Assembly (NCBI GenBank): GCA_965218295.1
Contig: CBDCKN010000017.1
Coordinates: 76,956 to 140,955 of the forward strand
Reading direction: 5' to 3'
DNA from: Longimicrobiales bacterium
GTDB taxonomy: Bacteria > Gemmatimonadota > Gemmatimonadetes > Longimicrobiales > Gaopeijiaceae
DNA: 64,000 nt
Notes under the pieces: model-generated
The model's input: the letters and a program-made list of their open reading frames with translations, nothing else
Told to the model about the DNA's origin: nothing
The model's database searches: none
Position numbers and translations under genes: made by a program
In this document: positions 50,796 through 57,599 of the stretch, piece by piece
Numbering within the stretch: the stretch's first letter is position 1
How the letters are laid out: each line of letters starts with the position of its first letter

Positions 50796-52390
50796 CGAGC
50801 CCTCGTGCCTTGTTGCTGGGCCTCGGCGCCCTGCTGATCACGTCCGCGCTCTGGAGGCCCGGCGCATCGGTAGGCGCCGACTCCATGACGTCGTCAGACC
50901 AACAGAGCCCCCCGGAGGAGAGCACTCCACCCCCACGGCCGCCCGGCCCCGAGGTCGAGGCGCTCCGCCGCGACCTGTCCGGATTCCTGGACGGCACGCG
51001 GCTGCGATCCGCGGAGTGGAGCGTTCTCGTCGTCTCGCTCGATCGGGGGGATACGCTCTTTGCCCGGAACGAGAGCCTCCTCGTCACCCCGGCTTCCAAC
51101 ATAAAGGTGGTGACGACGGCCGCCGCGCTCCACTTCCTGGGCCCCTCCTTCACGTACCAGACCTTCCTCCTCGGCGACGGCCCCGTGGAAGAAGGGCACC
51201 TCCGGGGTGATCTAATCCTGTATGGAACCGGAGACCCGGGGATCTCGGATCGGTTCTTCCTTACACGCACTCGTGTGTTCGAGAACCTGGCGGAGCAGCT
51301 GGCCGCCGAGGGCATCACCCACATCGACGGAGCCATCGTGGGTGACGCAACGTATTTTTCGGGGCCAGACCTTGGGCCCGAGTGGAATCCGAGGGATCTC
51401 AACGAGAGGTTCGCGGCGCCCGCCTCCGCGCTCTCGTTCAACGAGAATATCGTCACGTTGCGGATCACTCCCGCAGCCCGCCTGGGGGGCGTGCCCACCA
51501 TCGAGACCATCCCGCCCGGATTCCCCCTGGAAATGAACAACACCGCCGAGACGGTCGCGGGGCGACCGCGGCCGAGACTGTGGCTCGATCGGCCAACGCC
51601 GACCTCCCTTATTCGGGTCGACGGCGAGATCACCCAGGGCGGCCCGGCCATCTGGCGGCGTCTCACCGTTCCGGATCCCGCCCTGTTCGCCGCCCGAGCC
51701 CTGCGCGAGGTGTTGGAATCCCGGGGCTTCACCGTGGGCGACGGTTCCAGAGCCGTTCACCGAGCCGACCGATCCCGGATCACCGGCCGGGAGGCTTGGG
51801 CCCCGAGGCTCATGGAAGACGCAGAGCCGCGCATTCTGGCCCGCCATTCCTCACCGGAGATGATCGAGTATCTGAACGTGGTCAACCACGATAGCCACAA
51901 CCTCTTCGCCGAGACCATCTTCAAGACCATGGGCAAGGTCGTGATGGGTCAATCCTTCGAGGGAGGCGCACGAGCGGTCCGGGCCTTCACGGCTGGTGAA
52001 GTCGGGCTGGACGATCGCGACATCGTCGCGGTGGACGGCTCGGGGCTCTCGGACAGCAACCGGGCGACGGCAGGCGGATTGGTAGGGGTCCTGCGGTACG
52101 TAGCCGCGACGCCTCACTGGGATGCGTTCGTCTCCACGCTTCCCGAAGCGGGGCGTTCGCTGCGCCGGATGTACCGGACCCGGGCGGCCCGAAATCTCCG
52201 GGCCAAGACGGGGACGATTGACGGAGTCTCAGCCCTTACGGGAGTAGTCTCGGCACGGAACGGTGAAAGGCTGCTCTTCAGCATCCTCTCCAACGACGTC
52301 CCATCGACGAGCGCCGCCAAACGGGTGGAGGATCGGATCGGGGCCAGGCTCGCCGACTTTCGGAGAGCCGCGCTCGACCCACCAGGCTAG
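50792..52390 (+). CDS. dacB: D-alanyl-D-alanine carboxypeptidase/endopeptidase (PBP4, S13)
   Basis: PASNIK (SxxK), SHN (SxN), DGSGLS, AKTGT. Confidence 0.95.
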   Translation: MTSPRALLLGLGALLITSALWRPGASVGADSMTSSDQQSPPEESTPPPRPPGPEVEALRRDLSGFLDGTRLRSAEWSVLVVSLDRGDTLFARNESLLVTPASNIKVVTTAAALHFLGPSFTYQTFLLGDGPVEEGHLRGDLILYGTGDPGISDRFFLTRTRVFENLAEQLAAEGITHIDGAIVGDATYFSGPDLGPEWNPRDLNERFAAPASALSFNENIVTLRITPAARLGGVPTIETIPPGFPLEMNNTAETVAGRPRPRLWLDRPTPTSLIRVDGEITQGGPAIWRRLTVPDPALFAARALREVLESRGFTVGDGSRAVHRADRSRITGREAWAPRLMEDAEPRILARHSSPEMIEYLNVVNHDSHNLFAETIFKTMGKVVMGQSFEGGARAVRAFTAGEVGLDDRDIVAVDGSGLSDSNRATAGGLVGVLRYVAATPHWDAFVSTLPEAGRSLRRMYRTRAARNLRAKTGTIDGVSALTGVVSARNGERLLFSILSNDVPSTSAAKRVEDRIGARLADFRRAALDPPG

Positions 52391-52671
52391 GAGCCTGCCC
52401 GAGTAATGGGGCGAGCCACGAGAGGAGGACTGGAGGCGCGTCCCACCGCCGAGCGCAGTCGCCTGCGCAGCTCAACCTCCGACATCGTGGCCAGCGCTCG
52501 TTCAGCAGTGCCGAGGCTGTTCCAGCGCACGTCCAGGAGGTTCACGCCTTCATCGTCAGTCCCACCCCTGGGGTGGAGGTGGAGGTAGTAGCGACCCTTG
52601 TAGTCCGTCCCCGACTCCGATCGTACGAGGGCCACCCAGGCGCGTCGGTCTTCGTCCAGGAATTCCGTCAT
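52387..52671 (-). CDS. Small hypothetical protein (94 aa)
   Basis: MTEFLDEDRRAW...DYKGRYY...VRWNS...MSEVELRRRLRSA; the last codons overlap a MITE end remnant. Confidence 0.65.
   Translation of the reverse strand: MTEFLDEDRRAWVALVRSESGTDYKGRYYLHLHPRGGTDDEGVNLLDVRWNSLGTAERALATMSEVELRRRLRSAVGRASSPPLVARPITRAGS
52390..52420 (+). mobile_element. MITE family A-like end remnant
   Basis: GGAGCCTGCCCGAGTAATGGGGCGAGCCACG, 28/31 identical to 14788-14818, overlapping a CTAG. Confidence 0.65.
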
Positions 52672-52721
52672 GAGATTCGCTTGCCGTTGATCATTTGGGC
52701 ACCCACAAGCGCCGGCCGAAA

Positions 52722-53525
52722 TCAGGCCACTGATGCTCGCGACGCAGCCGAGATTTCGAACCCGCAATCGCGGAGAAAGTGCCTGAGCACGAATGACAGC
52801 CCCCCCCTCGCGGCCACCATCGTGGGTGTGGCGCCGGTATAGCTCTTCAGAGCCCTGCGGAACGCCGCCCCGGATGAATACTCCAGCTGCCGGCTGACGC
52901 TCTGCCCCGTCCGCCCGGGATCCCCCAGCCAGTGACCCGCATGGAGGAGCCGCGACCACACCAGGAGGCGTCCGATGGCCGGCAGACCGGCCCTCTTCAG
53001 GCCTACGCTCAAGAAGGGTCGAGAGAGACCCATGAGGTCGGAAAACTCCTCGGCCGACCAGCACTGTGGACTTGGTCCAGTGCGAGCCTCAGAGCCTTCG
53101 TTTCACGCGGTGGAAGCTCCGGGCTCACCTCACGAAGCACCCGAGACGTCACGCCTCTCTCTCTCGCCTTGTCGACGCTTCTCAACAGTCGCCAGGCCTG
53201 ATCTTCACTGCCCAGCAGAACCAGGCTCCGGAAACCGAGGCGTCCCACCTCGAAGAGAGTTCGCGGATCCTCCTTGGCACTGGCCAGAAGAACGAATCCC
53301 ACGCTCGGAAAGTCCCGCCGCAACCTCAGAAGCCGCTCCAGCCCGCCCGGACCCCATCCCATGGACGTCAGATCGACCAGGCACACGCTCACCGGCCGCT
53401 CCCGAAGCGACAGCGCAAGCCAGCCGAGCGTTCTGGACTCGGCGACGTCGTGTACCGCCGAGAGGGCATCTCGGAGGCTGGACTGGACCCGTGGATCCCT
53501 TGTTGAACGTGCTTGCGAGCGCCAT
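52722..53525 (-). pseudogene. AraC-like HTH regulator with a receiver-like N-terminal domain; two apparent frameshifts
   Basis: C-terminal VSRQLEYSSGAAFRRALKSYTGATPT is an AraC second HTH. Reading MALASTF / TRDPRVQSSLRDAL...SVCLVDL...DQVH / CWSAEEFSDLMGLSRP needs frame changes near 53503 and 53063. Confidence 0.7.
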
Positions 53526-53530
53526 GACCT

Positions 53531-53584
53531 TCGGAAAAGATATACCCGTGGTCGGAAATGATTGCGGCATCCAGGGATGCCGCA
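53531..53584. promoter_or_regulatory. Operator-like repeats in the divergent promoter between regulator and peptide gene
   Basis: Direct repeat TCGGAAA(A/T)GAT at 53531 and 53552 (21-bp period); perfect 10-bp inverted repeat TGCGGCATCC-AG-GGATGCCGCA at 53563-53584. Confidence 0.5.
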
Positions 53585-53652
53585 TCCACCTTTATCAAGT
53601 TATGTGGTGCAGTCGAGCCTTACCAGCCCCACTTTCCGAGGACATCGGTCTC

Positions 53653-53829
53653 ATGAGGAAGCTTCGCCTCTTATTCGCCGTCGCCGCCCTCTCCTTCGCA
53701 TTGGGTGCCTGCTCGTCCCCCGCCGGCCTAGACTGCGCCGCCGGAGATAGCTTGTGCCAGCAGCATAATCCTGGAAGCAATGGGCATAACCCCGGGAGCA
53801 ACGGGCACAACCCGGGCAGTAACGGCTAA
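53653..53829 (+). CDS. 58-aa lipoprotein/propeptide with 3x HNPGSNG C-terminal repeats
   Basis: MRKLRLLFAVAALSFALGAC (lipobox) SSPAGLDCAAGDSLCQQ (HNPGSNG)x3, stop; GAGGA RBS upstream. Confidence 0.85.
   Translation: MRKLRLLFAVAALSFALGACSSPAGLDCAAGDSLCQQHNPGSNGHNPGSNGHNPGSNG
53764..53826 (+). repeat. Three 21-bp coding repeats with identical peptide and synonymous divergence
   Basis: CATAATCCTGGAAGCAATGGG / CATAACCCCGGGAGCAACGGG / CACAACCCGGGCAGTAACGGC. Confidence 0.95.
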
Positions 53830-53831
53830 GG

Positions 53832-55649
53832 CTACGTAACCAGCGCCCCCGCCGTCGAGACCAGCTGGCCCCGCATAGCGTTCAGCTCGCTGCGGACTCC
53901 GTCGATGCCTTCGAGGGTCACGGGTTCGGTGGGTGCACTCGCATCCTCTGCTGCGAATTCTCCGGCGCTTAGGGCTTCGAGGGCAGCCTCCGCCTGGAAG
54001 GAGATCTGGTTGTTGCCGTGCTCCTCGGAGTGTGTCTTCGCTTCCGTGAGCCAGCGTTCAGCCAACTCTATGTCCCCCAGGAGGCCATAGGCCTTACCAC
54101 GATAGAGAAGGAGCTCGGAGACCATGAAGGGCGGTCCGCTTCGCCAGGCCGTCTCGTCCACGGCCTCGAGTCGATCCTCGAAGTGTTTGCGACGGCCCAG
54201 AAGAGCCTCGATGTAGGCCAGGGCGTCCAGCGCGTAGACCCGGTAACGGAAGTCCTGCATACGGTGTGCCACCACCGTGTACGCGTCTTCCGCGGCGCTG
54301 AGCTCACCCACCTCGACAAAGGCCCAGGCCAAGTCCGTGAGGGCTTGCAGCTGGTCCCGCTCCGAAGGATAGAGGCGAACCGCCTCCCAACCGTGCCGGA
54401 TCGCCTTCCCAAACCGACCGGACAGCTTCTCGTCAGTCATGAGGTCGTGGTGACTCAACCCCTGCACGTAGCGGTCGCCATCGGCCTCTCCCCACTCCAG
54501 GGTTTGTCGATGCAGCTCGAGCGCTCGCGGCAGGTTCCCCTTCTCCCGGAGAGCGTTCCCCAGCCCCAGAGTCGCCATAGCCGACAGCTGGCCGTCGTCG
54601 AGCGCCCCTCCCAGGTCCTGGGCAACCCCGTACCACTGCTCGCTCTCGTCCCATGCACCGAGCCGGCGATGGGCTCTGCCGAGGAAGCGGGCGGCGGACC
54701 CGGCGATGGCTCCCGATCCACAGGTCACCGCTACCAGGTAAGCCAGGTTGAAGACCTCCCGAGCCCCGTGCAGATGCCCGAGCATGTCTACGCGGTCCGC
54801 CAGCTCTAGGAGAGAGCGTCCTAGCTCTACCCCGTCGCCGGAGCCGAGGGCTTCCAGAACCGCGCTCCAGCTCGCTCGCTCGGGATCGCCCCGGTCCACC
54901 GCATCGAGCTCGCGCCGAACTCCCTCGACCTGCTGCCGCAGCGCCTCGGGATCCAAGGTGAGCTCCTCGTCCAGTGCGGACCGTACCGCACGGGCAACGA
55001 GGAAGCGCGTGGCGATCCGGCGATTCGTCTCGGCGTCGGCCTCTCGCCCCTCCAGGTCCTTGAGGATCGCCCATCCGGAGAAGGTCTCCCCCGCCTTGGG
55101 ACCGGCGCCCTTCCGCAGGCGCCTCGGACCGGCCGCTTTGCGGTCCAGATCCTGATGGAGAACCACGGCCGCCGCCTCACCAGCGAGGAACATGAGCTCG
55201 TCCGTGACCTCCACCGCGAGCCGCGGTCGGGGCGTCAGAGAGTCGACTATGAGGAACCAAGCCCTGGTTCCGTCGCTGCCCATGGCGACGCAGCAGGAGC
55301 TGCGGACGCCCGCGATCGGGATTTCTCCGGCGCGCTCGGTGTCCGGCAGGTCGAGGAGGCCTGGCACACCCTTGCCCCACACGACGCGACACGCCTGCGT
55401 CGCGAAGTCTCGTCGAGGAGGATTCCCCACGAGGTCCAGCAGGCAGTGAACGTGAACCAAGCCCGGTCCGTATTCGTCGACCCACACGACGGCGGCGCGA
55501 TCGGCCCCGACCAGCTCCTGGGCAGAGGCGAGATGCCCCAGGAGGCATGAGCGCGCCGGATCCCCCCGGTAGAGCGCGGCGGTCTGCTCGGACCGCCTTG
55601 CCCGCCCGCTGCGGTAATCTGCGAGGCGTGAAACGTTCGAAGTAGACAT
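53832..55649 (-). CDS. GAF-like + tetratricopeptide repeat protein
   Basis: N-terminal ADRAAVVWVD...SSCCVAMG...AWFLIVDS...LMFLAGEAA (GAF-like); TPR-like helices FLGRAHRRLGAWDESEQWY, GLGNALREKGNLPRALELH, DLAWAFVEVGELSAAEDAY, YRGKAYGLLGDIELAERWL. Confidence 0.75.
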   Translation of the reverse strand: MSTSNVSRLADYRSGRARRSEQTAALYRGDPARSCLLGHLASAQELVGADRAAVVWVDEYGPGLVHVHCLLDLVGNPPRRDFATQACRVVWGKGVPGLLDLPDTERAGEIPIAGVRSSCCVAMGSDGTRAWFLIVDSLTPRPRLAVEVTDELMFLAGEAAAVVLHQDLDRKAAGPRRLRKGAGPKAGETFSGWAILKDLEGREADAETNRRIATRFLVARAVRSALDEELTLDPEALRQQVEGVRRELDAVDRGDPERASWSAVLEALGSGDGVELGRSLLELADRVDMLGHLHGAREVFNLAYLVAVTCGSGAIAGSAARFLGRAHRRLGAWDESEQWYGVAQDLGGALDDGQLSAMATLGLGNALREKGNLPRALELHRQTLEWGEADGDRYVQGLSHHDLMTDEKLSGRFGKAIRHGWEAVRLYPSERDQLQALTDLAWAFVEVGELSAAEDAYTVVAHRMQDFRYRVYALDALAYIEALLGRRKHFEDRLEAVDETAWRSGPPFMVSELLLYRGKAYGLLGDIELAERWLTEAKTHSEEHGNNQISFQAEAALEALSAGEFAAEDASAPTEPVTLEGIDGVRSELNAMRGQLVSTAGALVT

Positions 55650-55718
55650 CTATGCAGGACCAAATAGCTTGTTGGGGGGAACACTAAAAGCTAGGTGTCC
55701 AGAGGGGGAAAAACAACG

Positions 55719-56711
55719 ATGGCGTCTATCCCTAATCACACCTCGTCTACGGCCCCAACCGCCGAAAGCGGAGGGTCAAACGCCCCGCCATCTCTGGGTT
55801 TTCGGGCCGAAAGATCCGTACTTCGGACCGACATCGCCCTTGTCGCATTATGTGTCATCTGGGGAGTGAACTTCTCCGTCATCAAGGTGGCGCTGGTCGA
55901 GATCGAGCCGCTCGCGTTCAATGCCCTCAGGTTCCCTCTCGCCGCCGTAACGCTCTTCGTCCTCTTGAGATGGAGGGGTCCTATCCCCCTTCCTCAACGG
56001 CACCACCGGGCTCGGATCGTCCTTCTGGGGCTCCTGGGGAACCTCGTGTATCAGTTTCTGTTCATCTTCGGGATCGACGGGACTCTGGCCGGAAACGCGA
56101 GCCTCGTCCTGGCAACGACGCCGATTTGGACCCTGGTCCTCTCCACTGCTCTCGGTCAGGCGCAGTATGCGGTGGCCGTCTGGGTGGGAGTGCTGGCGAC
56201 CCTGGGAGGCATGGTGCTCGTCGTCGCCGGAGGCAGCAACGCCGTAAGCTTCGCGGACGGCCTCCCCAGAGGCGATCTACTCCTGGTTGCCGCTGCCGTC
56301 ACCTGGTCCGTCTACACCGTCGGAGCTCAGGATCTGACCCGCCGGTACGGGGCGCTCGCCGTTACATCCTGGACCCTCTGGATCGGTACCGTGGGTCTTG
56401 TAGCAGCCGGCGCAACCTCCGTCGCCGAGATGGACCTTCGTGCGATCTCGCCCATGGCATGGGTCGGGGTCGCCTACGCCGGTATTCTCGCCATCGCCAT
56501 CGCGTATCTGCTGTGGAACCACGGGTTGGAGCACATCGGCAGTGCGCGGACGGCGGCGTTCTCGAATCTCGTTCCGGTCGTCGCGCTCATCACCGCGGCC
56601 CTATGGCTCGGCGAAGAGCCCTCCGCTCTCCAGATGGCAGGCGCAATTACCATCATCGGAGGGGTGTGGCTGGCCCGTGTGGCCAGGGCCAGAGAGGGAT
56701 CGTCCGCCTAG
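55719..56711 (+). CDS. DMT/EamA family transporter
   Basis: IWGVNFSVIK, two EamA repeats, about 10 TM helices. Confidence 0.92.
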   Translation: MASIPNHTSSTAPTAESGGSNAPPSLGFRAERSVLRTDIALVALCVIWGVNFSVIKVALVEIEPLAFNALRFPLAAVTLFVLLRWRGPIPLPQRHHRARIVLLGLLGNLVYQFLFIFGIDGTLAGNASLVLATTPIWTLVLSTALGQAQYAVAVWVGVLATLGGMVLVVAGGSNAVSFADGLPRGDLLLVAAAVTWSVYTVGAQDLTRRYGALAVTSWTLWIGTVGLVAAGATSVAEMDLRAISPMAWVGVAYAGILAIAIAYLLWNHGLEHIGSARTAAFSNLVPVVALITAALWLGEEPSALQMAGAITIIGGVWLARVARAREGSSA

Positions 56712-57505
56712 CCCTTCGAGCCCGTCTCCAGCCTCGGGTGATGCCGGACCTCGGGGAACTCGTACACGATGATCCCCTGGTTGGTCACATCCGATCGGAC
56801 CCTGAGCCCGTCGTCCATGGACTCCAGCACGCTCTCGGCCGCGGCCAAGGAGAGGTTGAGCGAGGCGGCCACTTCGGTCACGGTCAGGGTCCCGCCTTTT
56901 TCCGTGGCCAGGAGCAGCACACGGCGCTGCAGCCGCGTCATGAGGGCCGTTCGACGATCCTGGCGGGCCTTGAGCCCCCACCAGATGGTAGCGGTGCCCC
57001 CGGCGCCCATGACGCTGCCCACCGCCACGGTGGCGAGACCGAAGTAGACGAAGCCCACGGAGATCATGAGTGCAGCCGCGAGGACCAGAGCCACACCGAA
57101 GACCCTCCGGCCGATCCCACGTCTGGGAAGCGGCTCGTCGGTCTCGAAATGCGGACCGACTCCGACCGAGCCCGCCAACGCCGGCGCACGGGCCGCTCCG
57201 GGACCCAGCACTGCCGCGTTCTCCCAGCCCAGGCCGCACTGGGGGCAGATCCTGTGTTTACGGCGGGCCAGCCAGTATGCCAGTCCCCCCAGGCCGTACG
57301 TGAACAGCGAAACACCGATGAGGAGACCCATGTGTCCGGGCCGCTTGAAATACTCGATTCCGTTCCCCACGTATGCGCACCGCGGGCAGCTCCGCACTCC
57401 CAACCCCACCGGACGCGCGACCGAGCGAAATGAAACCGCCACCCCACAAGTGGGACAAGCGGTTTCGGGCTCTCTCAGATGCTCACCACAGGTAGAACAG
57501 CGCAT
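56708..57505 (-). CDS. Zinc-ribbon membrane protein with C-terminal winged-helix-like domain
   Basis: CSTC/CPTC/CPRC/CPQC motifs, TM segments, GGTLTVTEVAASLNLSLAAAESVLESM...GIIVYEFPE. Confidence 0.65.
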   Translation of the reverse strand: MRCSTCGEHLREPETACPTCGVAVSFRSVARPVGLGVRSCPRCAYVGNGIEYFKRPGHMGLLIGVSLFTYGLGGLAYWLARRKHRICPQCGLGWENAAVLGPGAARAPALAGSVGVGPHFETDEPLPRRGIGRRVFGVALVLAAALMISVGFVYFGLATVAVGSVMGAGGTATIWWGLKARQDRRTALMTRLQRRVLLLATEKGGTLTVTEVAASLNLSLAAAESVLESMDDGLRVRSDVTNQGIIVYEFPEVRHHPRLETGSKG

Positions 57506-57549
57506 TTATCCTCGACCAAGGAGTCTCCTCAAGGGTAGACACTCGACAC

Positions 57550-57575
57550 TACGTGTTCGTTCCGGAGAAGATTCA
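57550..57575 (-). promoter_or_regulatory. Possible ECF (SigW-like) promoter
   Basis: Minus strand TGAATC-N16-CGTA upstream of the 57505 start. Confidence 0.35.
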
Positions 57576-57599
57576 GCCTTTCCGCGGGCCACTGAGGAG

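Noticed and set aside
52975..53652. N-terminal 226 aa of the 284-aa ORF 52975-53829
   Set aside because: It overlaps the AraC-like gene on the opposite strand; the RBS and signal peptide point to a start at ATG 53653
53764..53826. CRISPR-like or VNTR reading of the 21-bp repeats
   Set aside because: There are no spacers and variation is confined to third codon positions, so these are coding repeats
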